Shown: piece after piece, positions 23,963-35,720 of the stretch
Position numbering within the stretch: the stretch's first letter is position 1
Layout: every line of letters begins with the position of its first letter
Origin: Neodothiora populina
Lineage: Eukaryota
Assembly: GCF_041146345.1 (NCBI RefSeq)
Contig: NW_027191417.1
Span: forward strand, 868,001-932,000
DNA length: 64,000 nt
Direction of reading: 5' to 3'
Position numbers and translations under genes: made by a program
Notes under the pieces: generated by a model
The model's input: the letters and a program-made list of their open reading frames with translations, nothing else
Database searches by the model: none
What the model was told of the DNA's origin: nothing

Positions 23963-24562
23963 TCACACGGCACTCTTCTTCTCCTTGCGTCTTTCCCTGC
24001 GTTCCCTACGAGCATCAGCCTCGTCGCGCATCCTCGTCTCGATTTTAAGTTCCATCTCCCGCTGATCGGTGAGTGTTTGGATTTCCTTCAGAATGCGCGC
24101 ATTGTGCTGGGCAGCGTGATGACGAGCGCGCATGCGCTCCCTGAGGCTGTCACGCGAGCTGTGGAGTTGCTCGTCTCGCAGCTGGCGCAGTTGGGCATGA
24201 GTGGTGATGTTTTTCTCGGCAATGAAGTCGCGCGCAAAGTCTTGATTGGCGGCAGGAGACAGACCGGGTCCGCCTTGCAGATAGCCATCCGGGTGAGTGA
24301 GCCTGAGGCCTGGAACGGGCGAAGGATAGATGCGCCTGTGGTCGTCCAGGGGCAGCGGCAGCTGGTCGAATGATATGTTCGCGTCGGGCAGGACTGTCGT
24401 CTGAGGAACGGCGGCGTCTGTCGTCGACTCGGAAGCATTCAGGATCAGGTGCTGTAATGCATTCTCAAAGCTTTCACTGTATGGCATGTCTCTTGAAGAA
24501 TAGGTCGCGTAGGAGGGACTGACTCCGTTGGCTTCGGTGGGCGGCGTTGTTGCATGTGCCAT
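23963..24562 (-). CDS. Hypothetical protein (~199 aa) with C-terminal coiled coil
   Basis: ATG at 24562 (MAHATTPP). Motif DHRRIYPSPVPGLRLTHPDGYLQGG and a charged helical tail. The ORF-track extension to 25174 is antisense to NDUFS5 and is not accepted. Confidence 0.75.
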   Translation of the reverse strand: MAHATTPPTEANGVSPSYATYSSRDMPYSESFENALQHLILNASESTTDAAVPQTTVLPDANISFDQLPLPLDDHRRIYPSPVPGLRLTHPDGYLQGGPGLSPAANQDFARDFIAEKNITTHAQLRQLRDEQLHSSRDSLRERMRARHHAAQHNARILKEIQTLTDQREMELKIETRMRDEADARRERRERRKEKKSAV

Positions 24563-24949
24563 TGTTTCTCTTGCTGGTCGCTGTCTAGCCAGACATGTAG
24601 TTTCCAAGGGTTTATGCGATTTGTGTGTATATTGTTTCGATGGAATGGGTTGACAAAGGACGTATTCACGGAGATAGCATCGAGTGTACTTGTATGCATA
24701 TTGTATGCACGCACAACGACGCAGAGCAGAGTGAGCTGCGGACAGCGGAGCACAGACAGCGGAAACATGCAGAGGGCGGAGAGCCAATGGCGGAACCCGG
24801 GAAGCGGAAGGGCGGAGAGCGGAGCATCTCCAGAGCATCGAGCATCGCAAGTCGTCCACCACAGACGCAGACAGTCGACCAGCTGCAGCCAGATCCCACT
24901 CACTCTCCCCTCTCGATCGACTCCTACACGCCCCCCAACACCCGCGACC

Positions 24950-25593
24950 ATGTCTTCCGGATACGGTCTCACCGGAGGTACTGTCCCCAGCGTTTTCTTT
25001 GCGCTCTGTGCCCATTGAACCGACATCTCCCTCTTCCTGCCTCCATCCAGCCAGCCAATCAGGAACATCTCTATTACCTTGTCCGCGCAGGATGCCATGC
25101 CCATACACCAGAACATGATGCAGAAAAAGAGAGGAGAAAAGACAACCATGCTGACCCGCTGTCTTTCCCAACACAGGTCCCGGCCGCTGCTTTCCCTTCT
25201 GGCAGGAGATGCTCGCCTGCTACGTCGTCAACACCAACAACGACGACACGTCGGGAAGAAAGAAGTGCTACCCCATGCTCGAGGACTACTACGAGTGCCT
25301 GCACCACCGAAAAGAGGTCAGTTTCCATGATACATCCCAATTGGACATCCGGATCCATGTCTCGATCAGCCGCAAGAAGAAAAAGAAGGAGCAACATGTA
25401 TTGACTTTCTCTCCCTCAGGCCGCACGAGTACACGCCCTGCAAGCCGCCTACCGAAAGCAACTCGCCGCATACCCCCGAGACGACGCCCCCAACGCCGGC
25501 GAGATCAGGAGTCTGGGTTTACTGCAGGCTTCGGACGAGGAGAAGAACATCAAGCCGCCACGTCTGTTGCCCAAGTACGACAGCAACCACTAG
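24950..25593 (+). CDS. NDUFS5: NADH:ubiquinone oxidoreductase subunit NDUFS5 (twin CX9C), 3 exons
   Basis: Introns 24978-25176 and 25317-25419. Protein: MSSGYGLTGGPGRCFPFWQEMLACYVVNTNNDDTSGRKKCYPMLEDYYECLHHRKEAARVHALQAAYRK. Confidence 0.92.
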
Positions 25594-25682
25594 GCTTCGG
25601 GGTCGGTCCATTGCACGCTGTTCCTCTGTCTCTCTCTATATATCCATTCAATTCCAGAGTTTCTTCCTGCTTTTTTTCCTTT

Positions 25683-27418
25683 CTACATCAATAGAGTGAA
25701 TAGCCCCACCCTGCCTGTCCTGTCGTCATACCTATCCTGCAGGACCTCCACCACTCCGACCGCCTGCATCCTTGACTTGCTCGCACCATCTCGCACTTGA
25801 CCTGCAGCCATCTCGTTGACGAACAGATGAGTGTCGACCATGTAATCCAGCGTCCGGCCAAGACTTGGACGGGTCACTATCGACGAAAACGCCGACGGGC
25901 AGTCTTGGTCGCCTTTATAGTTCACTGCTGAATTGAGCAGCACGATGCACATGTTGTATCGTCGGGCGGTGTGGCTGAGCGAGCGCAGGATTGAGGTCAG
26001 TAGAGCTTGGCCTGCGATCAGGGGTTGAGATTAGTGATTACTCCATCCTGTCATAAATACCTTACCTTCCTTTCTTCTTTTCGTTTGTGATTTGAATGGG
26101 GTAAAGTTGCTCACCTTGGACGTAATTGTTTTTGATCACGGGTGTGATCAGATGCGCAAAGTTGTCTATGGTGAGCAGACGACGTGGTTGACCGCTGCCC
26201 TCGATCTTGCTGTTCTCATTCTCCTTCTCGTCACCACTTTTTGTTTCCGGGTCAAGTGGTAGAGACTCAACCACAGCAGCAGCAGCAGCAGCAGCATCAA
26301 GCACACCCGCCTCTGGCTCCACAAACACCAGCATCCCATCCAAACCTTCATCTTGGCTATCAGCTATCGTGCTTTTGATAGGTTCTGCTTCTTGCTCATG
26401 TGCCTTTTCTACGGTAGCAGCAGCGGCGGCAGCTTCATCATCATTGAATCTCTGCTTCATCTCCGCCACGCCCTCGAGCATACCCTCGATGTCAAACACA
26501 GTCATGATATCCACTCGCTCGAGTATGCGAGCTGCTTCTGCTTCTGTGTCTGCATCTGCCTTTGCATTTCCCGTCTTGGAACTGCTAGTCGATGCATTTT
26601 TCTTGTCGTGAATCAATCCCGTTTTGATGTCTTCATATAGTCGGCGAACGCTAAAGTGGCCTTGGGAGTCTATCACTGTTGCTGAAGAAGCATCTTCTTC
26701 TTCTCCTGCTCCTCCAACCTTCGCTGTAGCTGCTGGTGCTGGTGCTGCTGTCGAAGGATCGTCTCGGCGATGGTGGATATTTCGATTCGACGATAGTAGA
26801 TGAGACACGAGGAGTCGTTGCGAGAACTACTTGGTGTTGGTTATTTCTCCTTTCGTTTCCTTCTCATGGCTTGATCTTGCGTAGTCTGTCTCACAACTAG
26901 TGCATCCGCCACATCTTCTTGTCCTTAACCACCGATACAATCAATCGTGTAGGTGCACAGCGAGAGAAAACGAGCATAACCACGTCCTCGATCCTAACCC
27001 CCAACAAGCAAAGAACCCACCCCCTTCCCTATTCCCTGAGAAAGGAAGAGAGCGATAACAAAATGCCAATGCACCCTTCATTCCCCCATTTCATCACAAC
27101 CAGAAAAAGCGACAACCAGACCCAAGAAAGTGGGAGAAGATGACTTACAAGCTCAACAAGTCTCCCCTCGCCACTAACGCAACACACGCCTCCAAGACCA
27201 TAGACCAGCCCACCATTTAATTTCTCATCCACAGCGTCCCATCCCGTGCTTACCACTTGTTTCTCTTCGAGGCGTCTGCGTTTGGGAGGACGACATGGTG
27301 ATGTGTCATCTTCGTCGGTGTCGTCGAGGGTATATCGGTTAGAGGATACGGTCGTCGTGCTGGAAGTGGCGGAGTATAGCATTGATGCTAGGATTGGTTC
27401 TGCTGGGGCGGCGCTCAT
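25683..27418 (-). CDS. Degenerate RecA-fold/Rad51-paralog-like protein, 3 exons
   Basis: Introns 26827-27148 and 26012-26114. Motifs: STGWDAVDEKLNGGL, ATVIDSQGHFSVRRL, RLLTIDN (Walker-B-like), ILRSLSHTARRYNMCIVLLNS, RPSLGRTLDYMVDTHL. Confidence 0.7.
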
Positions 27419-28233
27419 GGTTTCATTTGGTTTTACTACTCTTTATCTCTTTTGGTGGTGAGATCTATGGGTAGTTTACATCTCTACCAAAAGTCCATGG
27501 AGTGGGTGTGGGGCTTCAGGTATTACTCATAAAACAAAAATCGGGTCGGTGGCGATGGGCATGTACAAGCCATTCATACATGTCGTTGTTGTACACAAAA
27601 GCAGCCTGTCGACTACCGTACCTTACCTTACCTCACACAGATTCACCAAAAAACAAGTCACTCCTTATATGTCACCATCACATACTCTGATCCTCTTTCG
27701 ACAAACTTTTCTGAATTACGATCTTTGATTGTGATTGGGAAAATTTCGACGTCATACACCTAGATCCGCTAGAGGAAAAAGAGAAAAAACAATAAGACGC
27801 CTCAGTTTCGCCCTTTGCACATAGGCCGTGTCCGTGTCCGTGTCCGCATCGGCGGCGGCGTCCATGACTGTGGGAATCTCAAAACTTCACCACACTCGAC
27901 CAACCCAGAGTGCTGCATTCCCTTCCCATGTGCCTTGCTCAGAAAATGCCCGTGCGCCTTTGCTCCTGTTTGCATTCTGAGACAATCCCACAACAAACGA
28001 TCACTGCCATAACAAGTAAGAAAAATAGCTCACTGGCCGTCGACCATGTTCCTCGGCCAGCGGAAAGAATGTGGGAGAGATCTGACCGCCTCCCGAAAAA
28101 GAAGAGAATAGCAAACAAGAGAAAATCAGATGGAGAAATCGAGTCCAAGACACTATCCCCTTCGAGCTGTGAACCATGAGACTTTTCACGAGTAGGTCAA
28201 CGATGAGATCACTTCCATGCGTGCGGTGGGCAT

Positions 28234-30168
28234 CTAAGACGGTCGTCGCTCAGGTCTTGCCCGGCGACCGCCCTTGAGCGACTTCATGCGGTTCAGGAAT
28301 CCACCACTGCTGGGTTTCTCCGCTGGCTCGCCTGTGCCGTAGCCAGCACTCTCGGTCGTGATACTTCTTGTCAGTCCTCGTGGTGAGCTGGGAGCCCGTG
28401 CTCTACCATTGTTTGCGGATTCGGCAATGCGGATCTGAGTCCCCTTTCTCTCATACGCATCATCGTAGTCGTTGAAGAATGGGTTCTTCTCCTGTCCAGA
28501 GATCTTGGCCCTCGGCACCCCTCCTGCACTCTGAGCAGTCTGAGAGGATTGGACAGCATCGGGAGACCTGGGACCGTAGCGGGCTTCTGGCGACACGACA
28601 CGTTCGCGCTCCCCGGCATAGTCCTTACGGGGTTGGGAGAGTCCTCGCAGACGGACAGCTAATGACTTCTTGCGGCTGAGGCCTCCGCCCCCAAAAGCCC
28701 TTTCTTCGTTTTCGGACTCGCGGCGTTGCAGTGCACTTCGTGGCGCAGGAGCGCCGTCCAAGAATGTCGAAGTGCCCAGGCCGGTGGTCTCCTCGCCATG
28801 TAGCTGCTCGATACGGTCCGTTGGGTTGAAAATCTCTTGACGCTTGGGCATCAGACTCTTCAAATCAGGACCGGTAGCACCGCCAGAGGAGGCAAAGTCG
28901 TTGAAACCCTCCAAGCCACGTCCGTGGAACCTGTCAAAATCGATTGTGGCGTTGACGGGTCCGGAGCCGCCGAGGGTGTTGTTTGCAGATCCGGTGGGGA
29001 ACGCTTGCATTGGAGCGCGGTAGTCCTTCTTACGGTTGCGATGGGGGTTGCAGGCGTCAAATGGACCGTCGTGATGGAAAACTGGAGACGATATATTAGC
29101 AGAGTAGAAACAGACCCAGCTCGGTTGTTTTGACTTACGTCCTTGGCCGTAAATGCCGGTCACATCCAGTTTGTCAATCAAGTCCAAACCTTGTGGCTTC
29201 TTCGCCGGCTTGGATGACTTTCCGTCTTTGGACGACTTGCCATCCTTGCCCTCCTTTTCACGGCGTGCCTCCCGCTCCTTTCGTCGCTCCCTCCTGCGTC
29301 GGTCATCCTCGGCGGACCTGTCCTTGTCCATGATCGAAGACTCCGAGTTGCGGCGGGGACGACGGCTCTCCTTGGGCGGGCTGGCAAAAATGTCTAGGTC
29401 TTCTTTGGGGGCACGGGATCTTGGAGCACCGTGGGGATCTTGTACACGACGACGAGACTCATCGTGTTCTGCCGAGCGCGACGGACGATGGTTTGCAACA
29501 GGCAAAGTTCCCACTCTTGGCGGAGCTGGTGCAGCTCTAGGCTCATCTTGATAAGAGAATTAGCCGTTTGTCTATTTTTCGGTCACTGCAAGGGATAAAA
29601 GCATACTGCTGGGCTTGTCAAGTAGAGTCATGTCTCTCTGCGAGGGTTTGTTAGCAAACTATACATGAGCTTGTCGCAAAGGCAGGCTGCAGATTCAGGG
29701 GGGGCCAGGGTATGACTTACGAAGATGTCCTCGGCGAAGGGGTTGGTGCCCGCTGGTAGCGAAGACTGGCCAGGAGCTTGCGGAGGATCGAGAAAGGGAT
29801 TGTTGTTCATCCTGGGTTGGGAGCTGCTCATGTTGGTTGGAGGTAGAACAGGTGAGGCGGCGCGTCTGAAGGGGTTGTTGGATGCAAAGTTCATGCCACC
29901 AGATGCAGGCGAAGGCGCGCGAGGGGCTGTTGTACAAGTAAAAGAGTCAGCCCTGTGTTGGTTCTTCCCTTTTTCTGATTTGGAAACAACAGGTTTGGAT
30001 AAAGTAGGGCCTGCTTGAATATTGATGATTTCCATGTCATCAAGCCAGGGTTGAAACGCAGATGAAACAGACGACGGAGGGGGATTGGGGGGCGGCCCAT
30101 GAGGCTCATGATTGCCCAAGGAGCAGTGCCATTAACTCACCAGCCATTGCTTGGGGCGCGAGCGACAT
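28234..30168 (-). CDS. pal1: Pal1 family cell morphology/endocytosis protein, 5 exons
   Basis: Introns 29927-30140, 29638-29720, 29547-29606 and 29082-29138. Pal1 signature DLIDKLDVTGIYGQGLFHHDGPFDACNPHRNR and VHG-like LHGEETTGLGTSTFLDGAPA; several NPF motifs. Confidence 0.88.
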
Positions 30169-31472
30169 GATTGCGCGCGCTTAGAGAAGTGGTAGGTGTG
30201 GTAGAAAGATGGTAGGGACCTTTACCGGGGACCTTCAGTAGGGGATCTTGCAAGAAGTTATGCGAGTGGTCAAAAGCATACGACGTGCGGCGACCCTTTA
30301 CGACCCTTCAGCCGTTGCCCTGAAGCGAGGCAACCCAGGTGACGGGGCGACGTGCAATCGTGATCGACACTCGAGCTGTGAGAATGTCTTGTTTCAACTT
30401 CCAACAGCAGCCCGGGGAATGCCCAATCAATCTTATTTGTTTGCTATCAATGTATCAAGACAGTAATATCGACGACGACACTCGGGAAATCCACGTTTCG
30501 AAGAGAGAAAGACAAGCAGGCAGGAGAGGGTGCAAGGTGCATGCAGAAGGAGGTGGCCACCAAGAAGGGGAAAGGGAGACAACACCGAACAGCGAATGAT
30601 CGTCTTGTTTGTGTTTCCGCCAAGTCCAAGGGTCCCAAGGAGACTCGGTCCCAGGGTCTCGCTCAATGACTCGTCCCACTCCAAAGATCAACACTTCATA
30701 TCAAGATAGCGTACAGAAGTGACAGGGCAATATTTCCGCTGGTTTTATTGGCGCTGATACTCTTTGCCGGGAATGAAGTGGGGTTTTTATGATAATATCA
30801 ACACGGGCAAGCAGCCAAAATCCGATTTTTAGGTGGTGGCTGGCAGCTGAAAAGGCAAGCACGAGGGTCGACGACGCGTACTGTACGGTTTGTCGTATAA
30901 TAGTCTGTCTCAGCTGCGTACCTAGTCGAGGTACCGATAGCAACGTCCGAGTGGGAACCCATTAAGGTTCACTCTTCTCTTGTGTCTTTGTGCGGGCGTA
31001 TGAGTCTACATCTTTAGTGTCCATGCTGCGTACCGTATTGCCAAATCTTAATAGGCAGTCTTCCCATTCAGCTGCCGCCACTCCGCTGCCGTAAGCCTCA
31101 AGAACGGCTCTTGTTCCCGTCAGTCAGGGGTCGGTCAATCATTTGCAAAGACCAAAGCAGACAGCACAAAAAGTCACCCTGAGCCCTGTGATTCGAAATC
31201 ACTCACGGCCGGCCTACCACCTGTACTAGTTTTAGGGAGAAGCAGAGGGCCGTCAGCGCCCGCAAGATTTGTCCCCTTTTTCGAACAGACGCTCTTTCGA
31301 TCAAGGCTTTTTCCTCTCAAGGTTCCGCTACCCCTCGGCGCCCACGTCTTGTCGAGATCGCCTTGCATCATCAGTACTCTAGTGGCATATTGGGCTCGGC
31401 GTGGAGATTATCTGATCAGCTACGGAAGGTGCTTGCACTTTGTACACACACGTCGCAGAGTCGAACCCAACC

Positions 31473-31993
31473 ATGGCTGACGCACATTATGGCGGGTACA
31501 CGAGGTTCGAGCTAGAACTTGAGGTAGGTGAATCGTTTGCAAATCGAAAAGAGCTTGCGTAACCCTTTTTTTTTCTTTCTTTTCTTTACACCTGCTCTGA
31601 CGTGCACATCGCCCGTTTGCCATGTGTTGATGCGAAAACCAAGGTAAGGTAACTAATCGTCGGCAGTTTGTTCAATGCTTGTCCAACCCGTTGTATCTAA
31701 ATGAGCTGGCCACGAAGAAGCACTTTGACGATCCGCAATTCGTTGAGTATCTGAAATACCTCCAGTACTTTGCCGAGCCAAAGTACATCAGATATTTATC
31801 GTAAGTCTCATTTCTCCTGCTATCTACTCCATCAAGGCTGAGTGACATTCCAAGATACCCTGGTCCGACCCTGCGCGCGTTGGAGCTGCTGCAGCAGGAG
31901 AGATTTCGAAAGGATATTCTCATTCCTGGAACGATGGAACGGATGGCAGAAGAGGGCTACCAGGCAAGCACTGCTGGACTGGGCGAGAGGTAG
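31473..31993 (+). CDS. MED31: Mediator subunit 31 (Soh1), 3 exons
   Basis: Not captured by the ORF track. Introns 31524-31666 and 31801-31854. Protein: MADAHYGGYTRFELELEFVQCLSNPLYLNELATKKHFDDPQFVEYLKYLQYFAEPKYIRYLSYPGPTLRALELLQQERFR. Confidence 0.95.
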
Positions 31994-32357
31994 GGTGATC
32001 CCAGGACGAATCAAGCCTCCTGCAGCATGCAGTGACGGTGGAGTCATTGGAAGATACAGAGTGGAGCTGTAAAGACTGGGAATGCGTTGATGTTTATTCT
32101 CTATATCCAACGGTTCCACTGTTCCTGATGGAAAAGAAGCTTATGAGAATCCAAGAGGCCAGTCGCTATGTGCGGGGGGTATCTATTCGGAGTGCGCCAA
32201 AAGAAAATCGAAAGAAACGGCTTTCACTGGTTCAAGCTGGGCTTTATGAACGGCAAAAGAAAACGAGTCCCACCAGAACGCCATGCTGTCCCCGTCGAAA
32301 CCTGATTTGTTTTATGTCGTGGTCGCAGTGGTGGTGCGCGACAAGGATTGAGAGGCT

Positions 32358-32996
32358 TTAGTTCTCACGCCACTCGGCTGCGCAAAGAGTACACTAAAAG
32401 ATCCCAGTAAGTATACGCTCTTCGCAACGAAGAAGAACGGGAAAGGCTTGGAATGGTGGATTTACCTTGTAGAAAGTGGTCATAGGTTCGTCGGCACTGC
32501 GAATCTGTACTTGTCTGAAATACGCGGATCGGTTGTCGCATTTCTCTTCCTTGCAATTCACTGGAGGGGAAAAGAGAAAGTCAGCAAATGTGTTGTGTCG
32601 AGACCATGACCATGTCTGCCTGCCATGCAGCGAGGCTGGCAGGCCGACAGACTCATGCGAAAACTCACCCTCGGTCTTATCCACGTTCTTCCAACTATCT
32701 GCGCCTCCCAGAACATCCTCGACTTCCTTGCTCTTCATGGATTTGCGCTCAAAGTAGCGTTTGTCGATGATCATCTGGTAGGGACAGGTGCGACATTCGA
32801 AGCGGTTGACATTTGCAAAGTGCTGCTCGTTCATGGGCAGATGGTCGGCCGGGATCGGGGTGACGGTGAGCAGGTTTGCGCAACTCGGACAGACTGGGGC
32901 ATGGCGACGACGGCGGTCAGCTCTTTTTTGTGTCTCTTATGTTCTTCATGACAGAGGACGGGGAGCGGCGGGGTGGATATGCGTACAGAGAAGCAT
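32358..32996 (-). CDS. RPC11: RNA polymerase III subunit C11, 4 exons
   Basis: Introns 32894-32986, 32561-32668 and 32394-32465. Protein: MLLFCPSCANLL...FECRTCPY...AYFRQVQIRSADEPMTTFYKCTLCAAEWREN. Confidence 0.95.
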
Positions 32997-33684
32997 TTTC
33001 AATGAGTGGTAGGTCTCTTCCGCAGGCGAGAGGGTTGTGTCTGCTGGTGATACAAGGTAAAAGCAATACAATACACTACACAGAAGACTGGCGCCAGCAA
33101 TCCAGAGTAAATTTGTATGACCGACTTTCACATGCAACAGATATGGCGTAGCGATAAAGCGATGGAACAATCAGTAATTAGTGGCAGGATAGAGTGCAAA
33201 CCCCGACACGGGCACGACTCATGTGAGACGCAGTGGGGGAGCCTGTCCTGACTCATTGTCGATGGGCAACACCACAAGATGCCTAAGGTGCCTAGAGGAT
33301 GCCTAAGGGACCGGACTGAGAATAAGGTAAGGACTGAATCAGAGTCAGGTTCCCTTAAGGTTGCCGCCGCCGCCGATGACTGAAGACGGGAGGGCTACAA
33401 TTACACACACGTAACTGTACCTTCGCGCTGTAGTTGGTACTGTGCCTACCTTACTTACTCTCCATGCCCTTGACCCAGATATACTCTTTCTCCCCCATTT
33501 CCCACTCTGCAATCTTCTTGTTCTCTGCCGTCACATCCAATCGGTAATCCTGTGTATCCCCTCTCGCAATCGCAGCCTCAGATCTACGTACATCCCGACT
33601 CCGACAAGACCCACACCCCCCCCCCCCCTCACTCCCCTCGCTGTAAGAGAGATCCGACCGGACCGAGAAAGGAGAACCAGCAAC

Positions 33685-34384
33685 ATGGCAGAAGAGGTCA
33701 GGAAATTTCCCGTTCTTTCCGTTGCGCAACTCCATGGCCCAAGAAAACCAAAGCAGCAAAGAAAAAGAAAAAGACTAAACAAAACAAACAAAATCAGGGC
33801 GCATCCAACCGCGAACTCCTCCTCGAAGCATGCCGGCGTAACAACACGGACCTGCTATCCTCGATCCTAGAATCCTACAAGTCCAGCGAAGAGCGGGCCA
33901 AGTTCCTCAACACCGCCACGGACGCCCTGGGCTGCGGCGCGCTACACATCGGAGCGCAGTATGGCGCATACGACGTCCTGGACATGCTGCTCGACCAGGA
34001 GGGCGTGGAGATCGATGATGTGGAGAAGAGGGACGGGGACACTTGTTTGCATAAGGCGGTGCGATACGTCAATAGTCTGAGCAAGGATGAGTGGAAGGAG
34101 GGCGAGGCGATTGTGGATATACTCGTCGATGCAGGGTGTGATCCCAGGTATGTTCATCTCTTCTCTGTGACATGCAAAAGCACTGGGGAAACATGACTGA
34201 TTGGACGGCACTATGCAGGATACGAAACAAGGCCAAGTTACGACCCATCGACCTCGTCGACCCTCGCAACACGGAGCTCAGGAGCTATCTACAAAAGGCA
34301 GAATTGACGCTACTGGCGACCGCAGACGCCGTGGAAGAGGACGATGACGGTGCGGGCGCTGGCAGCGCGAGCGACAGCGATTAG
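33685..34384 (+). CDS. Small ankyrin-repeat protein, 3 exons
   Basis: Introns 33697-33797 and 34148-34218. Protein: MAEEGASNRELLLEACRRNNTDLL...ALHIGAQYG...GDTCLHKAV...LVDAGCDPRIRNKAKLRP, with an acidic tail. Confidence 0.88.
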
Positions 34385-34848
34385 AAGTTATATATACATG
34401 GGTGGATCAACCAGAGGCAACACTAAAGCATGGCGACGGCGTTTGAGATTCAATGCATCATACATACACACGGATGAACCGGTGGCAGCACTGTAGATGA
34501 TACCGCGCGCATGAGGCGGATGGTTCGCGAGTAGCGTCTGACCTCGGTACCTGGTCTCTGTTGATAGATGACCTGATCTGTCGCATGACCTGTAGATTGC
34601 TCCAGCCCACAGCAAACAAGCAAAGCATTTCTTGTGTCTGCCCAACCTCAGATCAACTCGATGTCGTACACGGGAATCTGACTTCCCAAGTGATCCAGAG
34701 GGCGACGGGCGCCATCGGTGAGCGCGCAGGGGAGGGAAGCATTCTTGCAGGACAACCCGATTAGATGTCTTGTCAGACACCCATCGGCCAAGTCCCAAGT
34801 CTCGACGAGTCTCTCTCTATTCAAGTGGCGCGACGACAGCCAAACCCC

Positions 34849-34901
34849 TCAATCTTGAACCTGCGACTCTGCATCAGCACACGTGCATCCCAAACAGCAA
34901 A

Positions 34902-34934
<33 letters not shown>

Positions 34935-35265
34935 GCAATCTCACCTCAGGCGGCGCGCCCACAGGCCTAACCATCCTCTCGATAAGCTTAACCCTCATCT
35001 CCTCGCGACTCGTCTCGCCGGTAGCGAGCGTCATGTACTCGAGCAGCGGCGGGTGGCCGACGTACGACGCGTAGCTGTCGCGCATGATGTTTGAGGTCCA
35101 TTCGAATTTCGTCGTGTCGGCGTGCCCGGTGCCGATGTATTTGTTCTGGAGCGCTTCGAGCTGCTGCGTTGTGCGGAGTTTGTCGGCCTAGGGGCGGGGG
35201 GGCAGGGGCGTGTTAGTGGGAGGAGCATTTTTTGGGTTGGAGTGGGAGCAGGGTTGGCTTGCCAT
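34849..35265 (-). CDS. SF3B5: Splicing factor 3B subunit 5 (SF3b10/Ysf3), 3 exons
   Basis: ATG-only exon; GC-AG intron 35188-35262; intron 34861-34944. Protein: MADKLRTTQQLEALQNKYIGTGHADTTKFEWTSNIMRDSYASYVGHPPLLEY...RPVGAPPEVQD. Confidence 0.92.
34890..34934. repeat. (CAACAG)n microsatellite inside SF3B5 intron 2
   Basis: Read directly from the sequence. Confidence 0.9.
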
Positions 35266-35720
35266 GGTTTGGGATGGTCGATGGTGATGATGGTGATGAT
35301 GATGTTGGGATGATGGGCGGTGCTGTGCTTGGTGGTTGGTAGTGCTTGGATTGGATTTATTGAATCGACATACGATGGCGGCAAGGGCCAAGGTGCGGGT
35401 AGGCACAGATTATACGGAGCATGAACATTGCACCCATAAGAAAATGTGGGGTAGAGGACGGCCAGCGCAGTGCACATTACCTCATCCTATGTTCAGCTCA
35501 TCTTCTGTTCGAGTGTCATGTAGCCAGCTAGGGAGAAGGAAAAGCATCTTGGTCGTATATGTTCTATATAGTCCCGTCTTCGCCCATCTTCTCTTCTACT
35601 TTTGTCATTCGCAACGGTGGAAGTAATCTATCCTTTTTTTCTTCTCACATCAACACCAATCTGGCCCACTTCCCCTATGCGCTATCGTTCATGACCATAA
35701 TCTCTCCACAAGAATGGTCT

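Noticed and set aside
24445..25404. Long overlapping ORFs (24445-25149, 24625-25404 and the 403-aa extension to 25174)
   Set aside because: They cross a divergent promoter and the NDUFS5 exons/introns, and their translations look like shadow ORFs.
26827..27148. C-box-like GTGATGA in the 322-nt intron of the Rad51-like gene (snoRNA?)
   Set aside because: No downstream CTGA D box or terminal stem was found.
29927..30013. In-frame alternative acceptor in pal1 intron 1 (adds 28 aa)
   Set aside because: It has no good branch site, whereas the downstream acceptor has a clear CTGAC; there is no further support.
13247..30168. Possible polarity/ROS gene cluster (teaR, NoxR-like, pal1)
   Set aside because: The genes are interleaved with unrelated housekeeping genes; without synteny or co-expression data, chance adjacency is the simpler explanation.
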